The notes under the pieces are model-generated. The model saw only the letters and a program-made list of their open reading frames with translations, ran no database searches and was not told the origin of the DNA. Positions 34,001-41,272 of a stretch of DNA of 41,272 bases are shown piece by piece. Source of the DNA: Verrucomicrobiales bacterium (GTDB lineage: Bacteria > Verrucomicrobiota > Verrucomicrobiia > Limisphaerales > RI-55); NCBI GenBank assembly GCA_003484235.1, contig DNDP01000293.1, positions 18,474-59,745 on the forward strand, read 5' to 3'. Made by a program: the position numbers and the translations under genes. Position 1 is the stretch's first letter; each line of letters opens with the position of its first letter.

Positions 34001-34299
34001 AGGTCGGTGCCCGGAGTCGCCTGCAGGTAGAAGCGCGCCATGCCACGGGAGCCGTCCGCATTCAGCTGCTTGATCCCCTTGACCCCTTCCAACGCCTCCT
34101 CGACCGGGATAAGGATGGCCTGCTCGACATCCTTGGCGGTGCCGCCCCGGTACGGCATCTCGATCATGACCGTGTCCCAGCTCAACGCCGGAGTGACCTC
34201 GAGGGGCACATGGCGCCAGCCCGTGTAGAGGCCGCCGATCAGCACCGTCAACATGAGGAAGTTGGCGGCGATGCCGTTGTTGGCGAACCAGCGGATCAT
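31099..34299 (-). CDS. RND efflux transporter permease subunit (AcrB/HAE-like)
   Basis: 1066 aa. It has a typical N-terminus (MIRWFANNGIAANFLMLTVLIGG) and two large periplasmic loops alternating with TM bundles (e.g. GFLIVIGIVGDDAIV). Confidence 0.93.
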   Translation of the reverse strand: MIRWFANNGIAANFLMLTVLIGGLYTGWRHVPLEVTPALSWDTVMIEMPYRGGTAKDVEQAILIPVEEALEGVKGIKQLNADGSRGMARFYLQATPGTDLRELMDDVKARVDTITTFPNETERPRVFIPESGNYIPVLSVAVTGNLSAHDLRKAARRVQEDLVQFPGISRAAVQGGRRYEIAIEAKADKLLAYDLSFQDLADAIRRFSIDLPAGAIDTESGTLIVRTRGQAYSESEFARIPIRASNGAEVLLGDVASIIDGFEEGEKVVEFNGRPALFVQVMRTGTESAIAISDQVREYVETAHTRFPDGIGLFVWNDESLSIRARLSSLGSAMFQGGVLVLVLLGLFLRPKLAFWIAAGIPVALAGGLLMMPWLHVTANMMSLFGFLIVIGIVGDDAIVTGENIFDKLRTGMDPLEAAVAGTKEVSTPVTYGALTTIVAFIPMLFFEGTWGDYAKQIPPVVASVLLFSLMACKLFLPARLKHVRMGNHVNAFDRFQGRISGAMDWVVDRLYAPALAWATRHRATMLSIFAAMALVMTGYCVGGRMKFVSFPSVDSRRITATLRLPEDTPVETTRRYMDRILAALEQVRTEFADPGTGESLVRNVSRVIGAYDARSSFSKSRGSLSVEIMDPGDRTEPGPRNSEIVKRWTDLIGPIPEALYFRVFAEQSFEGGKEYADANFHLELRGPTSPKKAEIAERIKAMLETHGGFSTAWAQVNYGQDELELTLKPRAAELGLNQALLARQIRQSFYGEEAQRVQRGIDDIRVMVRLPREARESLHTLDRMKIRTPHGTDVPLSTVAEVKFAKAPSFVERNDRAEIIRIGAQPVDETVNIIAIARDLEPRLTQMCLEGENLAFQFKGYVAEAEESKRRTIFGTGALLLALFALLAIPMRSVSQPLFVMMVIPLGTVGALLGHIIMGMTPSYLSIFGMLALAGVSVNNSLVMVDYVNQRRAEGVTLHRAALDAGARRFRPIILTSLTTFVGLAPLIFDQSLEAQFLIPMAVSMGFGILFTTLITLFLVPCVLLLAEDVAATWRRFASWYLQPFSTPTGLPVGERALTRSHGKP

Positions 34300-34312
34300 G
34301 TCGGTCGACGGG

Positions 34313-35614
34313 CTAGGATTTCTTGTCCGGCTTGGCGATGGCTCCCTGATTGGGCTTGATGATGGTGTTCGACGTCACGTCCGCGGTGGCGGGCGCCGAG
34401 TCGATGTCTGGGATGATTTCCACCTTCGCCCCGTCGGGCGCGTAGACCAGATGGGTGGTCGCCAGCAGCGAGCCGTTGGCAATCTCCGGATCCCGGATGA
34501 CGATGTGCGTCTCATCCGACCAGAGCGGAACAATGGTCCGCGCCTTGAGCGTGAGCTCGGTCTTGTCCACGAGAAAGATCTGGTCGAGCTGGCGGACCGC
34601 CACGCGCGGCAGGGCCATCACCCCTTCGAGCACGCGACCGGGAATCAGCCCGACAACCGGCTGGCCGATGCGCAGCGGTGCCCGCCCCGACCGGCGGCCG
34701 AATGGGTCATCCACCCGGGCGATGACAAACAGTTCCAGTGTGCTTTCGTTGAGGGTGCCCTCCGTGCGGATGATGCGGGCCGACCAGGATTCGGTGCCGG
34801 CCGGATCCAGCGCATTGCGCAGTTCGACCTCCACCCGCGAGCTTTCGGCTGAATCTGGCAGCACCAAGAACGGAAGTTCCGTGCCGGCCACCGGGAGCCG
34901 GACCTCGGCATAGTCGACGGTGAAGATCACTCCCAGGGGGCTGCCCGTTCCCACCAGCTGACCCAGTCCCGCCTGACGGGAGCGGACCCGACCATCAAAT
35001 GGCGCACGAATCTTCGTGCGATCGAGATCCCGACGGGCCCGGTCCGCCTGCGCCGTGGCGGAGTTCAAATCGGCGGTGGCCTGCTTCAGATTGGCAGCCG
35101 TCAGGTCCACCTCCGCCTGTGAGATCAGATTCTCCCGGAATATCTCGCTGTTGCGTTCGTGGTTGACCCTGGCCAGCTGCAGTGCCGCCTCAGCGCCCAG
35201 CAGGCGCGCTTCAGCCACGGCGAGCGCGGTCTGGTAATCCTCAGCCTCGAGCTCGACCAGAACTTCGCCCGCGGAAAAGAACGCACCGTCATCAAACGAC
35301 GGGCTCAGCCGGGTGATTCGCCCGGCAACCTGGGAACTGAGCGAGATCTCGGTATGCGGCTGCACGATGCCATGCGTCCGAATGATGACGGGATAATTCT
35401 GTGCCAGCAGTTCCACCACCCGGGTGCGAACCGGCTGGGGCGGCGTCGGCGGTGCCTTGGTCTGCTCGGGCTCCACCGAGAGTATCAGGTAGGCCACCAC
35501 ACCGGCCGCCAGAATTCCGACCGGCAGGACGGCGCGCAGCAGCAGGGCCGGCATTCGTCTTCGGGGGACGGGTGTGTCGGGGGGGGCCGGTGGTTCTTCG
35601 GTCGAATGGCTCAT
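34313..35614 (-). CDS. RND efflux periplasmic adaptor (membrane fusion protein, HlyD/AcrA family)
   Basis: ATG 35614 (MSHSTEEPP...); the stop lies 13 nt before the RND start. It has a TM anchor (LLLRAVLPVGILAAGVVAYLIL) and an alpha-hairpin region (LAVAEARLLGAEAALQLA...QAEVDLTAANLKQATADLNSATAQADRARRDL). The motif TKIRAPFDGRV follows. Confidence 0.88.
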   Translation of the reverse strand: MSHSTEEPPAPPDTPVPRRRMPALLLRAVLPVGILAAGVVAYLILSVEPEQTKAPPTPPQPVRTRVVELLAQNYPVIIRTHGIVQPHTEISLSSQVAGRITRLSPSFDDGAFFSAGEVLVELEAEDYQTALAVAEARLLGAEAALQLARVNHERNSEIFRENLISQAEVDLTAANLKQATADLNSATAQADRARRDLDRTKIRAPFDGRVRSRQAGLGQLVGTGSPLGVIFTVDYAEVRLPVAGTELPFLVLPDSAESSRVEVELRNALDPAGTESWSARIIRTEGTLNESTLELFVIARVDDPFGRRSGRAPLRIGQPVVGLIPGRVLEGVMALPRVAVRQLDQIFLVDKTELTLKARTIVPLWSDETHIVIRDPEIANGSLLATTHLVYAPDGAKVEIIPDIDSAPATADVTSNTIIKPNQGAIAKPDKKS

Positions 35615-35891
35615 CTTGGGTCTGCAAATGTTCGCGGCTCGAAACCGGAGGTGTGCCGTTCCTTTCGCACACGCGGTGCCGCTTGAACAGGCTGAATGCG
35701 GGCCGGCTCCTTTGCGGTCCGGTCCGGGCGCTGCCGCGATGAAAGACGCATGATCTCCGATTGAACGGCTGGCAACGGGAAATACTGACAAGGCCATGAT
35801 GCAATTTCTGCCGCGGCGGGCCACCCCGGCCGCCGGAGGCGTCGCCCGCAAGGTTGACGCCCGACAGGGGTTGCCGTAACCAGAGGGCCTG

Positions 35892-37217
35892 ATGCGAATT
35901 GCCGGGGTGCACATTCTGGGGTGCTGCATGAGCCTCCTGCTGGCGGGCTGCGGAGATCAGCAAGCGCCGGCCAGCGTGAAATCTGAGACGAACCGGGAGG
36001 GCGCAGCCGCGACGGGGTCGACCACTGTCACCCTCGCCTACAACCGTTATCTGAATCTTTCCTTCAGTGAGCATCCCTCACCGTTTGCCGCACTGCAGTC
36101 CTATCTCGAGGCGCATCAGCCGGAGCTGACGGTGAGCCTGAGCGTGCTGCCGGATGCTTCCCGCGGGCATCGCGATGCGCTGGTTGTGTGGCTCATGGCC
36201 GAGGATGATGCGGTGGATCTCTATGGCATCGACGCGCCATGGGTGCCGGAGTTCGCACAGGCGGGGTGGGCCGTCCCGCTCGGCGAACTGGTGCCCGAAC
36301 TCGCCCGGGATTTCCTGCCGGCGGGGCTCGAGGCATTCTCGTGGCAGGGGCAACCGGTGGGCGTGCCTTTTTGGGGGAGCATCGGCGGTTTGTACTGGCG
36401 GAAGGACCTGCTGCAGGAGGCCGGAATCGTTCGTCCCACGACATTTTCCGACCTGACCAATGCCGTCCGCAAAGTGCTTGATCGCCATCCTGAACTCAGC
36501 GGCTACCTCTGGCCCGGCGGCAGGAACGAGGCTCTGATCCAGACGTGGGCCGAGATCTTCATCGGTTTCGGCGGTCGGTACTTCCATGCCGACGGTCGCT
36601 GTGCGGTGAACTCGCCAGCCGGCCATCGCGCGCTCAACTTCATGAGAGACGCGCCCCTGAGCGGCATCTCACCACGGGAAGTCGTGGTCTGGAATGCCGA
36701 GGAAGCCCGGCAGAGATTTGTTTCCGGCGAGGCCGTCTTTCTTCGGCACAACCAGGATCTGCTGTCGTGGCTTGATGACACCAATCGCTCGCGGGTCGCG
36801 GGAAAATGGGCGTTCGGTCCCAATCCCGCCGGGCCGGCAGGGCGGTCCGCCTCCGTGACGGGAGGCTTCGCATTTGTGCTGAATCCCTACAGCCGGAACC
36901 GGGAGGCTGCAGTGCGCGTACTGCGGGCGCTGGCTTCCGAAGAAGTGCAGCGGGCTTTTGGGCTTGCCTGGGGCCCGGTCCAGTATCATCGACGGGTCTA
37001 TGAAGACCCCGGGGTGCGGGCGGTCAACGCGCATCTGGATCAGCTGGCTGCCGTGCTCCCCGACGCCGTTGCCCGCCCGGCCAGCTCCGACTACGCGCAA
37101 CTTTCCGACATCCTTCAGCGTGAGATTCACGCCGCGCTCACCGGGCAAAAACCGGTCGCCGAAGCCCTCGACCAGGCGTGCATCGAAATCGACGCGCTGG
37201 GGAAACGGAAACCATGA
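35892..37217 (+). CDS. ABC transporter substrate-binding lipoprotein (family 1, sugar-type)
   Basis: Lipobox LLLAGC. The length and pattern are typical of CUT1-type solute-binding proteins (DLYGIDAPWVPEFAQAGW..PL). The stop overlaps the next ATG (ATGA at 37214-37217). Confidence 0.85.
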   Translation: MRIAGVHILGCCMSLLLAGCGDQQAPASVKSETNREGAAATGSTTVTLAYNRYLNLSFSEHPSPFAALQSYLEAHQPELTVSLSVLPDASRGHRDALVVWLMAEDDAVDLYGIDAPWVPEFAQAGWAVPLGELVPELARDFLPAGLEAFSWQGQPVGVPFWGSIGGLYWRKDLLQEAGIVRPTTFSDLTNAVRKVLDRHPELSGYLWPGGRNEALIQTWAEIFIGFGGRYFHADGRCAVNSPAGHRALNFMRDAPLSGISPREVVVWNAEEARQRFVSGEAVFLRHNQDLLSWLDDTNRSRVAGKWAFGPNPAGPAGRSASVTGGFAFVLNPYSRNREAAVRVLRALASEEVQRAFGLAWGPVQYHRRVYEDPGVRAVNAHLDQLAAVLPDAVARPASSDYAQLSDILQREIHAALTGQKPVAEALDQACIEIDALGKRKP

Positions 37218-38140
37218 GGTTGACGTCGTTCCCAGCGGTCCGGCGGTTCCGGCTGACGGAGCGCCACTACGCCTGGCTGTTCCTTTTGCCCTCCATCATC
37301 CTGCTTCTGTTCTTCCTCGGCTGGCCGCTGCTGCAGACCATTGTCTTCAGCCTGTTTGATCTCGAGCGGACGACAGCCCTCTCTCTGGAACGCTTCATCG
37401 GCCTGCATCACTTCGGACAACTGCTGGCCTCCATGCAGTTCTGGCGGGCGCTGGGGTTTACCCTCTATCTGACCGTCCTGGCTGTCGCTTTGGAACTCGT
37501 GGGCGGCCTGCTGCTGGCGCTGATGTCGACGGCACTGGTTGGCTGGATGAAGGGCGTGTCTCGTTGCTTGATGATCCTGCCATGGGCAATGCCCCCGATC
37601 ATCCTGGCCGCGATCTGGAAATGGATGCTCAATTCAGACGTGGGCTGGATCGGGGACCTGACGGTGGGAATGGGAATCACCGACACACCGCCGCTGTTTC
37701 TGGGTGAACCGCTTCTTGCGATGCACTGCGTGGTGCTCCTGCAGGCATGGCGCGGCATGTGGATGGCGGGAATTTTTCTCACCGCCGGGATGGCGATGAC
37801 CCCCAGGGAGCTCCATGCCGCCGCCGCCGTCGATGGCGCCGGCGCCTGGCAGCGGTTCTGGCGGATCACGCTGCCATTGCTGCGACCGGCGATCGTCGCC
37901 ACCGTGCTGGTGCGGGCGGTCGATGCGCTTCGTGCATTCGAAATCGTTTATGGTCTCACCGGCGGGGGGCCGGGTCAGGCGACCGAGGTTTTGAGCTCCT
38001 TTGCCTATAGGAATTTCTTTTCCTACCTCGACTACGGCCGGGGCGCCGCCGGCGCTGTGATCACCTTCCTGGTCGTTTCCGCCGTCGGCTGGTGGCACGT
38101 CCGGAGGATGGCCGGGCACGTCCACAATACGCTCCGTTGA
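37214..38140 (+). CDS. ABC transporter permease (sugar-type, MalF-like)
   Basis: ATG 37214 (MRLTSFPAVRRF..YAWLFLLPSIILLLFF). EAA-loop: AAAVDGAGAWQRFWRITLPLLRPAI. Confidence 0.88.
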   Translation: MRLTSFPAVRRFRLTERHYAWLFLLPSIILLLFFLGWPLLQTIVFSLFDLERTTALSLERFIGLHHFGQLLASMQFWRALGFTLYLTVLAVALELVGGLLLALMSTALVGWMKGVSRCLMILPWAMPPIILAAIWKWMLNSDVGWIGDLTVGMGITDTPPLFLGEPLLAMHCVVLLQAWRGMWMAGIFLTAGMAMTPRELHAAAAVDGAGAWQRFWRITLPLLRPAIVATVLVRAVDALRAFEIVYGLTGGGPGQATEVLSSFAYRNFFSYLDYGRGAAGAVITFLVVSAVGWWHVRRMAGHVHNTLR

Positions 38141-38143
38141 ACC

Positions 38144-38971
38144 ATGCCTCTCAAGACTGCCAGACTTGCCTTCGTGCCGATCATGGCCGTGTTGAGCCTC
38201 CTGCCGGCTGCCTGGGTGGTGAGCACGTCGCTCAAGACCCCCGGCACCGAGTTCCTCAAGCCCGTGTCCTGGCTTCCCCGCCCGGCCTCTCTGGAAAGCT
38301 ATCGAACTGTTCTCGGTCCGGAGTTTGCCTTCGATCGGGCAATACTCAACAGCCTGATCGTTGCGATCACGGTGACCGCATTGACCCTTCTGCTGGGGGG
38401 ACTGTCGGCGTTCGCCATCAGCCGCCTTCGATTTCGTCACGGGGTGCGATCCCTGCGGTTGATCCTCTTTGCCGGACTGGTGCCGCCCGTCGCTGTAATT
38501 GCGCCGACTTTTGTCCTGGTGCGGGCTCTGGGGCTTCTCGGCACGCTCCCGGGAATCATTCTGCCACACCTCGCCTACAGCATTCCAATCAGCACCTGGC
38601 TGCTTACCGTTTACTTCGCCGGCCTGCCGCGCGATCTCGACGATGCGGCAAGGCTGGATGGGTACACCCCTCCGCAGATCTTCTGGCGCATCCTGCTGCC
38701 GCTGGTGCGTCCCGCCATGTTTGCAACCGGGGCTTTGGCGTTTCTCGGTTCGTGGGGCGAGTTCATGGCGGCCTTCACGTTGTCACTGGGACGGCCGGAG
38801 GCGCAGACGGTGCCGGTGGCCATTCTGGGCATGAGCCAGGCCTTCCAGTTGCAGTGGACCTGGGTGGCCGCAGGTGTCGGCCTGTCCTTCCTGCCGGTTG
38901 TTGGCGTGACGCTGATTGCCCACCGCTGGATCGTCGATGGATTGACCGTGGGCGCGCTCGAAGAACAGTAG
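38144..38971 (+). CDS. ABC transporter permease (sugar-type, MalG-like)
   Basis: It starts 3 nt after the previous stop. EAA-loop: DDAARLDGYTPPQIFWRILLPLVRPAM. Six hydrophobic segments are present. Confidence 0.88.
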   Translation: MPLKTARLAFVPIMAVLSLLPAAWVVSTSLKTPGTEFLKPVSWLPRPASLESYRTVLGPEFAFDRAILNSLIVAITVTALTLLLGGLSAFAISRLRFRHGVRSLRLILFAGLVPPVAVIAPTFVLVRALGLLGTLPGIILPHLAYSIPISTWLLTVYFAGLPRDLDDAARLDGYTPPQIFWRILLPLVRPAMFATGALAFLGSWGEFMAAFTLSLGRPEAQTVPVAILGMSQAFQLQWTWVAAGVGLSFLPVVGVTLIAHRWIVDGLTVGALEEQ

Positions 38972-39003
38972 TCGGCCCATGCCCCTCAGCGGGGGGCAAA
39001 TGA

Positions 39004-39957
39004 TCACCGCGGCCTCGGCGAACTGCCGAAGGACTTGAGCATCTCCGCCATTCGCCGTCGGACGGTGAGTGCCGCACCCGCCTTTGCCGACGCAGGGGCG
39101 GCATTGTCCAGGATGCAGGGTTCGCCGTATTGAACCGACATGGCAAAAGGGGCGTCCGCTCCATTCAGAAACTCAAGCGTCGCCGCGAGCCAGCGGCGTT
39201 TCCCGAGGTCGGGCTGCAGCCTGGCCAGTGGATGGCTCATCGCGCTGGGCGACAGTACGCCGCTGACGAGGGCCGGAACCACGGTCACTCCCGGCACGGT
39301 CCGACACACCAGATCGAGACTGGCCGACCAGTCCGCCGGATTCGTTTGCCCCACTCCGTGAACCGCAGGGTCGGGATCGATCTTTCCGGAGGGGAACAGG
39401 AGCAGGCACCCACCCCCACGGAGATGGCGGAGAAGTTGCCGCGCGGCGCGTGGCCGGTCTTGGGGCGACTTGCCGATCAGCAACATCCGCTGGCGCGCTT
39501 GGTTGAGTATTCCCCAGAGGGGATGTTCCTCGGCCACGATTCGAAAGTCTTCGCGGGGAAGGGACCCCGCTATGGCCAGCGCATCAAGCAGGCCCGGATG
39601 ATTGGCCGCAATGGCAAGCGGTCCCCGCACAGGAAGGCCGTGTGCCCCCCGGACCTCCAGCACAGCCTTGGTATTCCTGATCATCCAGCGGCTGGCTCCG
39701 GCGAATCCCTCCTCGGCGATCATTTCGTCGAAGCGGATTGCGTTGCCTGCGAATCTTCCCAACTGACGCCGGAATGCATGAACCACAAAGCGTCCGAACC
39801 AGCGATCAAACCGGGGTGGCAGGGCATGGCGCAGCTCTTGAGCTGCCCAGCGGGCGGTCTCCTCGACGCGGGCCTCAAAGGTCACCGGGTGCGGCTGCCC
39901 TTCCGGACAATCTGACCGAAGCCCGGGACTGACCTTGCCGCAGTCGCTGGAGTTCAT
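39004..39957 (-). CDS. Lysophospholipid (PlsC-type) acyltransferase family protein
   Basis: HX4D motif in AIAANHPGLLDALAI, and an FPEG-like motif (LLLFPSGKID). ATG 39957 (MNSSDCGK) is preferred because the listed start 40056 would overlap the oxyR 3' end by 67 nt. Confidence 0.72.
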   Translation of the reverse strand: MNSSDCGKVSPGLRSDCPEGQPHPVTFEARVEETARWAAQELRHALPPRFDRWFGRFVVHAFRRQLGRFAGNAIRFDEMIAEEGFAGASRWMIRNTKAVLEVRGAHGLPVRGPLAIAANHPGLLDALAIAGSLPREDFRIVAEEHPLWGILNQARQRMLLIGKSPQDRPRAARQLLRHLRGGGCLLLFPSGKIDPDPAVHGVGQTNPADWSASLDLVCRTVPGVTVVPALVSGVLSPSAMSHPLARLQPDLGKRRWLAATLEFLNGADAPFAMSVQYGEPCILDNAAPASAKAGAALTVRRRMAEMLKSFGSSPRPR

Positions 39958-39989
39958 GTCACGAAGGCTGAGTCTGGCTGCAGATACCG

Positions 39990-40863
39990 CTAGGGCGGGG
40001 TTATCAGGCTTAGGAACTGGCTCGCACCCCGACCCGGGGAACGTTTTCTCGGCCATGCGGCGACAATTCTCCGCTCTGGTCTCGGAGCCTCCAAGGGCCG
40101 GTAAACTGGCCCGTGGCCTGACGCGGCGGCGACGGCCATGGAGGGAATCAGGCTCACGCCGAGGCCGGAATTGACGAGTGACTGGATGGTTTCCAGCTGG
40201 GCGCTCCTGAAACTGATGGCCGGGCGAAGCTCGCGACGTTCGCAGAAGTTCAGGATCTGGTCACCCAGACAGTGGCCTTCCTTCAGGATGATGAACGGTT
40301 CCCGTTCAATTTCGGCGGCGGTCAGCGTCCGCTTCCGGGCAAGAGCATGGCGGGGCGGAAGGGCGACGAGCAGCTCCTCCACGAAAAGTTCGCGCACTTC
40401 GAACCGCGTATCCTGAATGGGCAGGCTGGCGAGCACGAAGTCGACTTCATATGCCAGCGCAAGCTTGAGCAGTCGGGCAGTGGTGTCCTCATGCACTTCG
40501 ATCTCCAACCCCGGAAACCGGTCGGCAAACTCCCGAATGACACGGGGCAGAAGATAGGGCGCGATGGTGGGCAGCACCCCGACGGAGATCGTTCCCGTCA
40601 CCAGCTCCTTGGCATCCTCGGCCTCCCGTCTTGCCGCTTCGACCTCCTCAAGGATGCGCACCGCCCGTTGGACAAACGCATCGCCAAAGCGGGTCGGTCG
40701 GGCCCTTCGCTTGGTTCGATCGAAGAGCCGTTCGCCAAGCTCATCCTCCAGCTTCTGGATCTGCTGGCTCAGGGAGGGTTGGGAGACGTGGCACTGCTCG
40801 GCGGCACGCGAAAAATTCCCCGCCCGGGCCACGGCGACCGTGTAGCGAAGCTGATGCATTTCC

Positions 40864-40865
<2 letters not shown>
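39990..40865 (-). CDS. oxyR: LysR-family redox-sensing regulator OxyR
   Basis: N-terminal LysR HTH (LRYTVAVARAGNFSRAAEQCHVSQPSLSQQIQKLE). EGHCLGDQILNFCERR matches the E. coli OxyR C199/C208 region, with identical C-x8-C spacing (Cys codons at 40269-40271 and 40242-40244). The gene is divergent from katG. Confidence 0.88.

Positions 40866-41272
<407 letters not shown>

Noticed and set aside
35892-38971. ABC importer lacking an ATPase gene as an anomaly
   Set aside because: Sugar-type (CUT1) ABC systems commonly share an ATPase encoded elsewhere (MsiK/MalK-like), so this is not unusual.
38981-38997. Short GC stem (tgcccc...ggggca) between the convergent permease and acyltransferase genes, considered as a bidirectional terminator
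   Set aside because: The stem is only 5-6 bp with a 7-nt loop and lacks flanking T/A tracts, which is too weak to call.

Overview
GC-rich 41.3-kb chromosomal segment, densely coding (about 30 CDS, most on the minus strand). I recognise no rRNA, tRNA, CRISPR array, transposase or integrase. The gene content suggests a Verrucomicrobiota/Planctomycetota-like (PVC) genome: a giant CxxCH heme-binding fusion protein, DUF1080, signal-peptide Gfo/Idh/MocA oxidoreductases, an ECF sigma paired with a membrane Ser/Thr kinase carrying WD40 repeats, a sigma/FecR pair and a BNR sialidase. Gene order: ECF sigma (partial) + STK-WD40 | Tat-exported Gfo oxidoreductase, SSS transporter, RraA-like aldolase, ~1298-aa dehydrogenase/HEAT/cytochrome c/PmoA-like fusion | beta-lactamase-fold protein with degenerate motifs, LytTR response regulator, LytS-type kinase | sialidase | membrane PQQ-propeller protein, cytochrome P450 | G1P-dehydrogenase-like, HAD-IB phosphatase, PanB-like, second Gfo oxidoreductase | DUF1080 | LTD-CotH protein, 6xEF-hand protein, FecR-like anti-sigma, ECF sigma | RND pump + adaptor | sugar-type ABC importer (SBP + 2 permeases) | PlsC-type acyltransferase, OxyR | KatG (partial). 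Many neighbouring genes share start/stop overlaps (ATGA or TGATG), which supports operon structure. The best candidates for undescribed biology are: (1) the ECF sigma / anti-sigma / six-EF-hand / CotH operon; (2) the PanB-like / HAD / G1P-dehydrogenase-like operon; (3) the giant periplasmic fusion protein and its RraA-aldolase/SSS/Tat-oxidoreductase operon. All functional calls rest on motif recognition by eye in the supplied translations. No database search, alignment program or RNA-folding computation was run.
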